Positions 50,401-60,768 of a DNA stretch of 64,000 bases are shown in pieces (position 1 is the first letter of the stretch; each line of letters begins with the position of its first letter). The stretch spans positions 64,001 through 128,000 of the forward strand of contig JAHLWP010000006.1 of the NCBI GenBank assembly GCA_019057865.1, written 5' to 3'. The stretch is from Promethearchaeota archaeon (GTDB lineage Archaea; Asgardarchaeota; Lokiarchaeia; Sigyniarchaeales; SOKP01). Both the position numbers and the translations under genes were made by a program. The notes beneath the pieces are model-generated. The model saw only the letters and a list, made by a program, of their open reading frames with translations. It searched no databases and was not told the origin of the DNA.

Positions 50401-51708
50401 TTGTTGAAAAATCATAGTAATGATCATCAATTTAATATAGATAAATTTTACAAGAATTATCTTAAAGGACCCAGAATTTTTAATAATCGCGACGCATTGG
50501 AATCATCATATATTCCAGAAGAACTACCACACCGAGATATTCAAATAAAAGATATTGCTGAAAAAACGGCATGTGCTTTATTAGGCGATACTCCTCCAAG
50601 TTTTTTATGTTATGGTATGACAGGAACTGGTAAAACTGCAACTATAAGATATGTGAGCCAAAAATTGGCACAGCAATGCTCAGAGCTAAAGCCTTGGTGG
50701 GTTTATATTAATTGTAATATTGTATCTACTCCTTATCGTATTTTAGCTCATATTTATAACACAATTTCACGAGAGGAGAAAATTCCACCTACTGGACTTC
50801 CAAAAGATATTATTTTCAAAAAACTACTAGGTTTACTAGACTCAAAAGTTGGGAATTCAATCTGCTTCTTAGTATTAGACGAAATAGATATTTTAGTAAA
50901 TAAAAAAGGCGGAAATGAAATTTTATATGATCTTACTAGATTAAATGAAAACTTAGATAAATGTAAAACAAGTCTTATTGGAATTTCTAATAAATTGAAG
51001 TTTAAAGAAAACCTAGATCCAAGAATATTATCAAGTTTAGGCGAAGAACATATAGTTTTTCCTTCTTATAATGCAAGTGAATTAAGAGACATTCTAAATA
51101 ATAGAGCAAAAATAGCTTTTCTTGAAGGTGTGTTAAAGGAAGATGTTATACCTTTATGTGCAGCTTTTGCAGCTAAAGAACATGGAGATGCTAGAAAAGC
51201 TCTTCAATTGTTAAGAAAAGCAGGAGAATTGGCTGAGAGAAGCCAAAATAAAATAATATCTTCAAAGTATGTTGAAAAAGCTCAAGCTGATTTAGAAAAT
51301 GATTATATTATTGAATATATAAGAGGAATTCCATTACAGGCGCAAATAATCTTAACAACAGTATATTTAATTTCTAAATTTAGTCCTGAGCATATTATTA
51401 TATCTGGTGATATTTATGAAATTCATTCAGAAATAAAGAGATTAATTCCAAATATTAGACAATTAACAAAAAGAAGAATAAGTGATTATATAAATGCATT
51501 AACTTTAGCTGGAATAATCTCTGCTGAAGTTAAGTCAATGGGTCATTATGGAAGAACTAAAATAATTAAACTAGATATTGAAATAAAATTATTAGAAAGT
51601 GTACTTTCTGAAATTGAAAAAATTAAGGGTATTTTAAATTATAAACCGATTTTATTGCAATCAGATAAAGTTAAACTAAAGGATAATATTTTTAAAAAGT
51701 TGATTTAA
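50401..51708 (+). CDS. cdc6: Orc1/Cdc6 replication initiator
   Basis: YIPEELPHR; GMTGTGKT; LDEID; HGDAR; C-terminal wHTH with GRT. Confidence 0.96.
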   Translation: MLKNHSNDHQFNIDKFYKNYLKGPRIFNNRDALESSYIPEELPHRDIQIKDIAEKTACALLGDTPPSFLCYGMTGTGKTATIRYVSQKLAQQCSELKPWWVYINCNIVSTPYRILAHIYNTISREEKIPPTGLPKDIIFKKLLGLLDSKVGNSICFLVLDEIDILVNKKGGNEILYDLTRLNENLDKCKTSLIGISNKLKFKENLDPRILSSLGEEHIVFPSYNASELRDILNNRAKIAFLEGVLKEDVIPLCAAFAAKEHGDARKALQLLRKAGELAERSQNKIISSKYVEKAQADLENDYIIEYIRGIPLQAQIILTTVYLISKFSPEHIIISGDIYEIHSEIKRLIPNIRQLTKRRISDYINALTLAGIISAEVKSMGHYGRTKIIKLDIEIKLLESVLSEIEKIKGILNYKPILLQSDKVKLKDNIFKKLI

Positions 51709-52388
51709 GTGGAAAATTCCCATTTATCAATATTAGCAGCAATTTTTTTAAGGAAAATCTCAGTAGTATTCGAATTTTTTTCTTTTAAAAAGAGAAATAA
51801 TTTAGCTATATGTTTACAGAATTTTTTGTTCTCTGCTCTTCTAGTTTCAAAATCGTGACAATTGTGACGTATAGTTTTATTATTAATATCTATCTCGATT
51901 ATGTAAGATTCTTCTTTTGAGCCTAAAACATTAGCTTTAATTATTCCTTTGGATAGATTAAACTCAACTAAATCAAACGCATTATTGGATATTGATGCTG
52001 CTCTATTTAACGTTCCTTTATCAAAGAAAGTTTTTATTATGACACTAAAATTAGTTGCAGCTCCAATATCAGTTTGCTTTTCTATTGTGGTTATTTTCTT
52101 AAACGAATGTATTTTCTCTAAAATTTCTTGTTTTCTTTTGTTTTGCCAATTTTTCAGTTTTTGCTTTAAAATATTTGATAATTTAAGATTATTATTTGCA
52201 TCCTTTATCAATGATTTATTTTTAGTACATCCATTGATGAAATTTATAACCTTCTCTGGCGAAAAAAGGAATAATTCAAATGATAATTTATATAGAAGAT
52301 CACTCTGCGAAATAAAAGGAAGATCTATTATTTTCCAAATATAAAGTAATAATTCGGTACTATTGTTGCGAGGAATTGTAAATTTCAT
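51705..52388 (-). CDS. SWIM Zn-finger protein
   Basis: V.GS..Y; HNCHDF...FCKH. Confidence 0.75.
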   Translation of the reverse strand: MKFTIPRNNSTELLLYIWKIIDLPFISQSDLLYKLSFELFLFSPEKVINFINGCTKNKSLIKDANNNLKLSNILKQKLKNWQNKRKQEILEKIHSFKKITTIEKQTDIGAATNFSVIIKTFFDKGTLNRAASISNNAFDLVEFNLSKGIIKANVLGSKEESYIIEIDINNKTIRHNCHDFETRRAENKKFCKHIAKLFLFLKEKNSNTTEIFLKKIAANIDKWEFST

Positions 52389-52421
52389 TAGAATTCAATT
52401 TCTTTTATGATATCATAATAG

Positions 52422-54209
52422 TTAATTATTATTTTTTAAGTTTAGTTCAATACTTTTAAAAGTATCAAGTTCAATAATAGGAACTATTCCAGGAGTTGGA
52501 TTAATTCCAAAACTTTTCATAAAATCAGTTTGAGATTGAAAACAACCAGAGTTAACTAAAGTAACATTCCTGTATTTACCAATTCCATTGATATGTACAT
52601 GACCAGTATGAAATATTTCAGGAATTATATCAATTATTAACCAATCTTTATTAATCGGTGCAATTTGTGTCTTTTTTCCATAAGTTGGAGCTAAATGCCT
52701 ACATCTAAGTAATTCTTTCATTGTTTCAATAGGTTTATTGTTTTCAAGTTCTGGTATCAATACATTCAAATCAAGTATACTATCTCCGTGATATATTAAT
52801 GTATTTACGTTATGAGTTTGAATAATAGAAGGATTTCCTATTGTTTTAAATCCAATATTAATTAAATCTTCCACATATTTTTTAGGGACTGAAGGTCTAG
52901 GAATTGCATTCCTTACAGGTTCATGGTTTCCTGGACTATAAAATATTTCAATATATTCTGGAATTTCTGAAAATAATTCTGAAGCTTTTTTAAATTGATT
53001 ATAAATGTCTGGTATTATAAGATCATCTCGTTGTGATGGATAAACTCCAATCCCGTCAACTAAATCTCCATTAATAATTATATATTTTATTTTTCCTGCA
53101 ATTTCTCTTAAATTTTTATTCCCAATTTTACCATTCAGAAAATCTATGAATCTTTTTAATAATGATTCTTCAAATTCCCTGCTTCCAATATGAGTATCTG
53201 AAATTAAAGCAATTGATAATGGAACAGGTGCTTTATTTGGCTCGAAATCAGTTGGTATATCTATTTTTGCAACATATACACCATAAATTATGCCACTTTT
53301 ACCTTTTTCTCTAGGATTATAAGTCCCTTCAACATATATTAACTGATCATTTAGAATTCTTTCAGCAATTTTCACATTATCTCGATTTTCAGAATCATTT
53401 TTGATTAGAACGTTAATTTGCCCAGTAAGATCTTCTAAAACTAAAAAAAAATTTCCATTTTTAGTTTTGCGGATTTTATTTACTATTCCCATAACTGATA
53501 CTTCGACTTTATTAGATAATCTTAATATATTGTTAATATTATGTGCTGATGAAACATCTGGTCTTTTTTTCATTAAAGTTCGTAGTTGATTAAATTTATC
53601 CACCGTAAGATCATAAAAATCTTTATACTCTCCGTTTGTATATAATTTTCCGGTTGGATCTTTTAAAATTTCATAGTTAGAATCATATTCTTTCGCAATT
53701 GGGTAAATTCCTAATGATGATTTTGTGCTTTCGAATGTTGTTTTTTTTTTCTTTTCAATAAATTTGGGGATTATTTTAGAGTAATCATGAGATATAGGTT
53801 CAATTTTAGGGACTTCTTGATTATTCTTAATTCCCTGAAGACTCTCAGTAATTTCTTTAATCTCTATTAATTTTTCACAAGTTTGGTATTTATTAAATTC
53901 GCTTGAAGATTTTATGCCACTAGATTCTTGCAAAGTTAAATTATCTTTATTTGGTAAAATTTTTGCCTTTAATAGTGTTCTTTTTAAAACATTTTGAATT
54001 TCTGTATTTGAAATTTTTTTTAAAATATTTTTGGTTAAATGACTATTAAAATTGGGAATAAAACTTGTATCTTTAATGATCTGATCAACACTTTTTATTG
54101 GATCATCTAAATTTAGGAAAAAATCCAATATAGGGGGACTGACATTTATCCCCGAATTAATTAATTTTCTTAAAATGATTTTTTTTGTATCTAAATTATC
54201 TACTTTCAA
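52422..54209 (-). CDS. polB: DNA polymerase D small subunit DP1
   Basis: OB fold (LEDLTG); SDTHIGS; GDLVDG; PGNHE; HLAPTYG; GHVH. Confidence 0.96.
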   Translation of the reverse strand: MKVDNLDTKKIILRKLINSGINVSPPILDFFLNLDDPIKSVDQIIKDTSFIPNFNSHLTKNILKKISNTEIQNVLKRTLLKAKILPNKDNLTLQESSGIKSSSEFNKYQTCEKLIEIKEITESLQGIKNNQEVPKIEPISHDYSKIIPKFIEKKKKTTFESTKSSLGIYPIAKEYDSNYEILKDPTGKLYTNGEYKDFYDLTVDKFNQLRTLMKKRPDVSSAHNINNILRLSNKVEVSVMGIVNKIRKTKNGNFFLVLEDLTGQINVLIKNDSENRDNVKIAERILNDQLIYVEGTYNPREKGKSGIIYGVYVAKIDIPTDFEPNKAPVPLSIALISDTHIGSREFEESLLKRFIDFLNGKIGNKNLREIAGKIKYIIINGDLVDGIGVYPSQRDDLIIPDIYNQFKKASELFSEIPEYIEIFYSPGNHEPVRNAIPRPSVPKKYVEDLINIGFKTIGNPSIIQTHNVNTLIYHGDSILDLNVLIPELENNKPIETMKELLRCRHLAPTYGKKTQIAPINKDWLIIDIIPEIFHTGHVHINGIGKYRNVTLVNSGCFQSQTDFMKSFGINPTPGIVPIIELDTFKSIELNLKNNN

Positions 54210-54452
54210 TATTATACAGTTTAAGATTAAATTATTATAATTATTGAAGGATAAAATTAAATTATTTATTATTAAAGTAAAAACATTTTTACTTTTAATA
54301 TAAAAAGACTGTGATAAATTAACATTCTCTATTAATTTATTAATGAAATAGTAGATTAATAAATCAATTTAATTTAGTTCTTAAAAATATGTATTATAAT
54401 ACATTTTCTCTTTAGTTTTCTTTTGAAAAATTGTATTGGATTCTGATGCTAT

Positions 54453-57400
54453 ATGATAGAAATGAGTAAGAAAATGGAAGAATATTTTAATGTTATACAA
54501 AAGAAAGTCAATCAATGTTATAGTGTTGCCGAAAAAGCACGTCAAAAAGGACTTGATCCTGAACTATTTGTTGAGTCCCCCCAAGCTAAAGATTTGGCAG
54601 GAAGAGTAGAAAAATTAGTCGGTCCTGATGGTGTAGCTCAAGTTATAAGAGAATTAAAGAAGCAGGTATTAACAGAAGATGAAATAGTTTTTAGAGTAGT
54701 TTCAGATATTTTAGATAAAAAAATTGGAAAGATAGAATCCTTGGATGAAAGGGTAGAAAGAGCAATAAGAGTTGGATTAGCTATAAAAACAATGGGTGTT
54801 GTTAGTGCCCCACTTGAAGGGATATCAAAAATTTTAATTCGACAAGATCAACATGGTAATAAATATTTATCTTTGTATTTTGCAGGTCCAATTAGAGCTG
54901 CTGGAGGAACGACTGCAGCTTTATGTGTATTAATTGCTGATTATGTTAGAAAAAGATCTAACATTCCTAAATATGTTGCTACTGAAGCAGAAATTGGTAG
55001 ATATGTAGAAGAAGTTAAGCTTTATGATAGAAGAGTCCATTTACAGTATCCTTCATCTAACCGTGAAATACGTTATGCTGTGAAACACTTATCTGTTGAA
55101 ATTAATGGTGATTCTACTGAGGATGAAGAAGTTTCAGCTTTCAGAGATCTCCCTAGAATTGAAACAAATCATATTAGAGGGGGTGCTTGTTTAGTTTTGA
55201 ATGATGGAATACTACTTAAAGCACCCAAATTACATAGAATTGCAAAGAATATGCGCTTAGATGGATGGGATTGGTTAGCTGATTTGAATAAAGTTGCCCA
55301 AAAGGAAGAAATTATAGAAAAAAGGAAAGATAATGAAAAAGAAAAAATCACTCCAAATTCTAAATATGTTTCTGATATCATAGGAGGGAGACCTGTATTT
55401 AGTCATCCCTCTATGGTTGGAGGTCATAGAATTAGGTATGGACGCTCACGTAATACTGGATTAGCAGCAGCAGGAATTCATCCAGCAACAATGGCAATAT
55501 TGGATGATTTCATAGCAATCGGGACTCAACTTAGAATAGAAAGACCAGGAAAAAGTGCAAGTATATGTCCTGTAAGCAGTATTGAAACACCCATCATAAA
55601 ATTGAAAAACGGAGATGTTATCAAAGTTTCAAATGTAGGAATTGCTAAGGAATTATTTCCTGAAATTGAAAAAATTTTATTTTTGGGAGATATTCTTTTT
55701 GGATTTGGTGAATTTGCTGAAAACAACCATAAATTAGTTCCTTCTGGTTATGTTGAGGAATATTGGGCTTTAGAATTAGAAAGAGCTGCAAAAATACAAA
55801 ATAATCTGAATCCCAAAATAATGAAATATATAGAAAATCCTTTTCAGAATATACCTGCTGCTGAAGAAGCAATTAAAATTTCTCGAAAATATAAAGTACC
55901 TTTACATCCTACTTATACAGATTACTGGGGAAACATTTCAGTAGAAGACTTAGTAACTTTACGGGATGTTTTTATAAAAGCTATTAACACCTCAGAAAAT
56001 AAGATTATTTTAAATTTTAATAAAGATATTAAAGAAATCTTAGAGAAAGCATTCGTAATTCATAAGGTAAGAGATAATAAAATAAGATTTAGTAATGCTA
56101 TGGAATATATTTATAGAGTAATATTCAATTTAAATAAAAAAGATTCAATTAAAATTGAAAAAGAAGATGATGTATTTACTCTTTTTCATAAAATTTCTTC
56201 TATTGAGATTAGGAATAAAGCACCATTTTTTATAGGTACACGAATGGGGCGGCCTGAAAAATCTGAAAGAAAAAGTATGAAGGGAATTCATGTTTTATTT
56301 CCATTAAGTGATAAAGTAGGAAATACGAGATCTGTGCAAAAAGCAATTGAATTTGAAAAAGTGAAGATTGATGTTTGTAGAAAGCAATGTCCTAAATGTG
56401 GAATAGTAACCATTTTTAATTCATGCCCCAAATGTGGAACTCCCACACAATTTAAAAAAATCTGCGAAAAATGTAAAAAGTTATATCCAATATATGATGA
56501 AATCTGTTCTTTATGTGGGCTTCCATTAAAAAATTCTAAAGAAGCATTATTTAATATAAAAAACTATCTGAACTCAACATTAAAAACCCTAAATTTACCA
56601 ATGCCTAAAAAACTGAAAGGAATATTTGGCCTCACAAATAAATTAAAAGTTCCTGAACCTATTGAAAAAGGAATTTTAAGAGCTAAAAATAACGTTTTAG
56701 TCTATAAAACGGCTGAAATAAGATATGATGCTACTGATATTCCTTTAACTCATTTCAAGCCAAAAGAAATTGAAACCTCTATTAAAATATTGAAGAGTTT
56801 AGGATATGAGGAAGATATCTATGGGATTGCCCTTCAAGATGATAATCAAATTTTAGAACTTAAAGTTCAAGATGTAGTACTATCCATTGATTGCGCTACA
56901 TATTTTATTAAACTTACAAATTTTTTGGATGATGAACTTGAATATTTTTATAAAATGGAGCGCTTTTATAATGTATCTGCTAAAGAAGATTTGATTGGAC
57001 ATCTTGTTGTTGGTCTAGCTCCTCATACTAGCGCTGGAGTCATCGGTAGAATCATTGGTTTTACCTCTGCACGTTCTATTTACGCCCATCCTTACTGGCA
57101 TGCAGCAAAAAGAAGAAATTGCGACGGTGATGAAGATGGTATTATGCTTCTCTTAGATCCTTTATTGAACTTTTCAAGACATTATCTTCCTAATAAAATA
57201 GGAGGAAGAATGGATGCAACTTTAGTAATTGGTACGATATTAGATCCAAATGAAATAGATATAGAGGCGCATAATGTTGATACTTTATCTAAATACCCCT
57301 TAGAGTTTTATAAGGCTACTGAACGATATTCGGCACCTTCAGAAATAGAAAATATCATGAAGCTCGTTAAAAGTCGGTTAGGAACCCCAGAACAATATGA

Positions 57401-57878
57401 AAATTTGGGCTATAGTATTCCTACAGATAATATAAATAACGGCCCAATAACAACTGCTTACAAAAAATATAAGACTATGGATGAAAAAATTGATGCCCAA
57501 TTACATCTAGCAAAAATTATTAAACCTGTAGATGCAAAAAATGTTGCTGAGAAAATTTTAACAACTCATTTTAACCCTGATATTTTAGGAAATTTAAGAA
57601 AATTTGCTATACAAGGTTTTAGATGTGTAAAATGCAATGAAAAATTCAGAAGACCCCCACTTTCTAATAATGGTAAATGTCCTAGATGTGGAAATAATGT
57701 AATATTGACAGTAAATCGGGGAGGGATTGAAAAATATATTCCAAGAGCCCTTAGGATTTGTAAAAATTTTCGTTTGGATGATTATACTATACAGCGTATG
57801 AGATTAATAGAAGAATATGTAGAAAGTTTAACTAATAATCCCAAAATCAAACAACACAAATTATCAGACTTTTTTTAA
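54453..57878 (+). CDS. polC: DNA polymerase D large subunit DP2 (no intein)
   Basis: AGPIRAAGGT; RYGRSRNTG; RRNCDGDED; C-terminal Zn finger; PIP box QHKLSDFF. Confidence 0.98.
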   Translation: MIEMSKKMEEYFNVIQKKVNQCYSVAEKARQKGLDPELFVESPQAKDLAGRVEKLVGPDGVAQVIRELKKQVLTEDEIVFRVVSDILDKKIGKIESLDERVERAIRVGLAIKTMGVVSAPLEGISKILIRQDQHGNKYLSLYFAGPIRAAGGTTAALCVLIADYVRKRSNIPKYVATEAEIGRYVEEVKLYDRRVHLQYPSSNREIRYAVKHLSVEINGDSTEDEEVSAFRDLPRIETNHIRGGACLVLNDGILLKAPKLHRIAKNMRLDGWDWLADLNKVAQKEEIIEKRKDNEKEKITPNSKYVSDIIGGRPVFSHPSMVGGHRIRYGRSRNTGLAAAGIHPATMAILDDFIAIGTQLRIERPGKSASICPVSSIETPIIKLKNGDVIKVSNVGIAKELFPEIEKILFLGDILFGFGEFAENNHKLVPSGYVEEYWALELERAAKIQNNLNPKIMKYIENPFQNIPAAEEAIKISRKYKVPLHPTYTDYWGNISVEDLVTLRDVFIKAINTSENKIILNFNKDIKEILEKAFVIHKVRDNKIRFSNAMEYIYRVIFNLNKKDSIKIEKEDDVFTLFHKISSIEIRNKAPFFIGTRMGRPEKSERKSMKGIHVLFPLSDKVGNTRSVQKAIEFEKVKIDVCRKQCPKCGIVTIFNSCPKCGTPTQFKKICEKCKKLYPIYDEICSLCGLPLKNSKEALFNIKNYLNSTLKTLNLPMPKKLKGIFGLTNKLKVPEPIEKGILRAKNNVLVYKTAEIRYDATDIPLTHFKPKEIETSIKILKSLGYEEDIYGIALQDDNQILELKVQDVVLSIDCATYFIKLTNFLDDELEYFYKMERFYNVSAKEDLIGHLVVGLAPHTSAGVIGRIIGFTSARSIYAHPYWHAAKRRNCDGDEDGIMLLLDPLLNFSRHYLPNKIGGRMDATLVIGTILDPNEIDIEAHNVDTLSKYPLEFYKATERYSAPSEIENIMKLVKSRLGTPEQYENLGYSIPTDNINNGPITTAYKKYKTMDEKIDAQLHLAKIIKPVDAKNVAEKILTTHFNPDILGNLRKFAIQGFRCVKCNEKFRRPPLSNNGKCPRCGNNVILTVNRGGIEKYIPRALRICKNFRLDDYTIQRMRLIEEYVESLTNNPKIKQHKLSDFF

Positions 57879-57879
57879 C

Positions 57880-59076
57880 TTATTCTACTCTTAAATCTAA
57901 GCTTCTTAAGGTTTGATAACAAATATACAAACATCCATTTAGATTCTCAGCAGAACATTTATCAGGAGTGTCTTTTGTTGAATGAATATATTTAGTATCA
58001 TTATCGGAATGAAAATAAACAATTTGAATCTTTTTTCTTGCTCTCTTGACATAGCTTCGAAATGATCTGTGATCACTCTTTGGTGGTATTAATTTATTGT
58101 ATCTAGTCAGAGGGATATTTAGATTTTTTGCAGTAGCTTCAAAAACATCATTTAAATTTTTATTCAAGCTTCTTCTAAATAAACCAACTCGATCTACAAG
58201 CCCAATGTATGATCCTACCATGTCAATATTGATAAGAATAGATCTATTAAGATCATATTTTTCATTTAAATCAATAATGTGTTTCCTACAGAATTCTTTT
58301 GAACCTTTCAAACCCCATTCCTCAGCTCCGGGCCATACAAATAAAATATCCATCTTTTCAAGTGGGTTTCTTTGGAAATGTTTTGCTAATTCAATCAAAA
58401 TAGAAACCCCACTTGCGTTATCAATCGAACCTGCGGATGGTTTTTCATTAAATACCAGATATAATATTGGTACTGAGATAAAGATTCCGATCAGTGATAT
58501 TATAGCAATCATAATTATAATACTATTAGGAAGAAGAACAATTAAAAGAAAATCAAGAGTAAGCCACAATGAAAAAACTATTATAACTATAACATAGAAT
58601 CCAATTATTAATCTGTATATAAAGAATATTACCCATTGAACTTTATAAGGAATATTTGCAGAAATAGAATCATAATGGGCAGAAAAAATTACTAATGGTC
58701 TATTTTTTCCTTTTTTATTAGCCAGAATTTCAGCAAAAATATTTTTTGCTGATTCTTTTTTTATCAAGGTCATATTACGTGTTCTTTCAAATAAATATTT
58801 TATTACGTAATATATTACTAAAACTAAAATTAAACGTGCAAGGAGGAGATACATTAATATAATTAAATAAGTTGTTCTCATTAAAACCCTCGTAGGACCA
58901 GCCCAAGAAAAATATTCAATCTTTGAATTGATTTTCTCTTTTGCTAATTCATTCTCAATATAATATGTTGCTTCTGTTTCTCCTGTAGATGAAGCTGTAC
59001 GTCTAAATGCTAAAGATTTAACATGGTCAATTGTAACCGATTCATCGTCTAATATTAAATTTGAAATACTTATCAC
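57880..59076 (-). CDS. Membrane M28 family metallopeptidase
   Basis: AHYDS; DNASG; AEEWGL; NIDM; SDH; IHS..D. Confidence 0.9.
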   Translation of the reverse strand: MISISNLILDDESVTIDHVKSLAFRRTASSTGETEATYYIENELAKEKINSKIEYFSWAGPTRVLMRTTYLIILMYLLLARLILVLVIYYVIKYLFERTRNMTLIKKESAKNIFAEILANKKGKNRPLVIFSAHYDSISANIPYKVQWVIFFIYRLIIGFYVIVIIVFSLWLTLDFLLIVLLPNSIIIMIAIISLIGIFISVPILYLVFNEKPSAGSIDNASGVSILIELAKHFQRNPLEKMDILFVWPGAEEWGLKGSKEFCRKHIIDLNEKYDLNRSILINIDMVGSYIGLVDRVGLFRRSLNKNLNDVFEATAKNLNIPLTRYNKLIPPKSDHRSFRSYVKRARKKIQIVYFHSDNDTKYIHSTKDTPDKCSAENLNGCLYICYQTLRSLDLRVE

Positions 59077-59157
59077 ACTAAAATTTATTATTATAATCCT
59101 TTCAATCTGATATTTCTATTAAATATTACGTGATATTTTAACAGAAAAGTTATGTGA

Positions 59158-59272
59158 TGCAGGAGGTGGGATTTGAACCCACGAAGACCTATGTCACTAG
59201 AGCCTCAGTATCACCGTAGACACACATTAGTGTCTTACGCTAGCGCCGTAGACCAGGCTTGGCAACTCCTGC
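59158..59272 (-). tRNA. tRNA-Leu(GAG) with non-canonical 30-nt intron at 30/31 (59210-59239)
   Basis: Acceptor GCAGGAG/CTCCTGC; spliced arm CTAG|A-CT-GAG-GC-TCTAG; full BHB with helices CGG/CUG, CGCU/GGUG and GUA/UAC and bulges AG^C and AU^A. Confidence 0.9.
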
Positions 59273-59601
59273 GATATTATTTTGTATTTTTAATTATTTT
59301 AATTCTCTTGAGAGAACAATTAAAGATAAAGTAATTAATTTTTAAAATCTTTTTTCTTAATTTTCATAATTTTTAATATTTAATACTCCGAATCAAATTT
59401 AAAAAGCGTTTTAGGGTGCTTATAGAGAACAGAAATCTAAATTTTAAAGGATAATAATAGGTTCATCTGATATGTTTAAGAAAAAGATTTTTATTTTCAA
59501 TAAAGATTTCGCTTAGAATAATAAAAGATATACTAATTATTTAAATTAGTATGCTAGATATAATATTAAATAAAAAGTATAAATTTACAAGGTAAAAATT
59601 C

Positions 59602-60612
59602 GTGTCTGTTGATAGAAAGAAATTAACAGCGCTACTTAAATGGTATAGTCAATCAGTTGAAAATGTAATAGCAGTCCTAGTACTAAATAGACATGGTTTA
59701 GTGATTGATGCTTTAACAAGATCACCAGAAAAATCTGTTGAAGAAGAGATAGTTGGGGGTATTAGTGCTCTAGTAGAGCCCGTGTTAAATAGAATTACAG
59801 AAGAATTTAGTTCAGGATCTTTTGGAACAGGCACTTTTGATACCGAAGAACATAGATTCATTTTTTGTGAAGCAGGACCAGAAGCAATTTTAGTGACTGT
59901 ATTAGATGCCATAGCGATGGTGGATCCAGTATTTCCTTATGCTTATCTGACAGCAGAGAAAATAACTCGAATTTTTGATGGTCGAACAGTAAGCCCGGTA
60001 ATTCCTAAACTATTTACTGCAAAAGAAGATCAAAATATTGAGAGGAAAGTGGATGCACTCCAAAAAATTAATGTTAATTCAGGAGAATACGCTTATAAAT
60101 TAATTTTAGGTGGTGATGGTGCTGTTGGAAAAACAAGTATGGTCCATCGTTTTGTAGAAGATGAATTCGAAAAAGATTATAAGTCTACGATTGGAACTTC
60201 AATAATGAAAAAAGAATGTAGTTTCGAAGGGTTAAGTAGTGCAGTTCGTTTTGTCATTTGGGATTTAGCAGGTCAATCCCAGTTTAAAAGAGTTAGACTA
60301 TCTTATTTAGCAAAAGCAGAAGCAGGAATTTTAGTTTTTGATGTAACTAGAAGAGAAACTTTTGAAAATATTGATAATTGGTATAATGAATTTATTCAAG
60401 CCTCAGAAAATATTTCTCTTATTTTAGTTGGAAATAAGATAGATTTAGAAGATAAACGATTAGTTTCAACTGAAGAGGGAGAAGAAGTAGCACAAAAATT
60501 AGAATTATCTTATATAGAAACATCAGCTCTTACAGGAGAAAATATTGATGATGCTTTTAGAATACTTGCTTTACAAATGATAAAGCGGTATTTTACCACT
60601 GAAGAAGTATAA
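59602..60612 (+). CDS. Roadblock-domain + Rab-like small GTPase fusion
   Basis: N-terminal roadblock; GDGAVGKTS; YKSTIG; WDLAGQ; GNKID; ETSA; no C-terminal Cys. Confidence 0.93.
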   Translation: MSVDRKKLTALLKWYSQSVENVIAVLVLNRHGLVIDALTRSPEKSVEEEIVGGISALVEPVLNRITEEFSSGSFGTGTFDTEEHRFIFCEAGPEAILVTVLDAIAMVDPVFPYAYLTAEKITRIFDGRTVSPVIPKLFTAKEDQNIERKVDALQKINVNSGEYAYKLILGGDGAVGKTSMVHRFVEDEFEKDYKSTIGTSIMKKECSFEGLSSAVRFVIWDLAGQSQFKRVRLSYLAKAEAGILVFDVTRRETFENIDNWYNEFIQASENISLILVGNKIDLEDKRLVSTEEGEEVAQKLELSYIETSALTGENIDDAFRILALQMIKRYFTTEEV

Positions 60613-60616
60613 AGAA

Positions 60617-60715
60617 AGCCTCTGGGGGGAATTGAACCCCCGACCTACAGATATTTCTGTAAATCTTTATTGTTACACATACGAATCTGTTGCTATACCG
60701 CTAAGCCACAGAGGC
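60617..60715 (-). tRNA. tRNA-Thr(CGT) with 27-nt intron at 37/38 (60653-60679)
   Basis: Acceptor GCCTCTG/CAGAGGC; arm ACAGA-TT-CGT-A|A-TCTGT. Confidence 0.93.
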
Positions 60716-60768
60716 TTTTCATACGATTCATTAAATAATAATTCGAAACAAATTTTAAATTTTACCTT

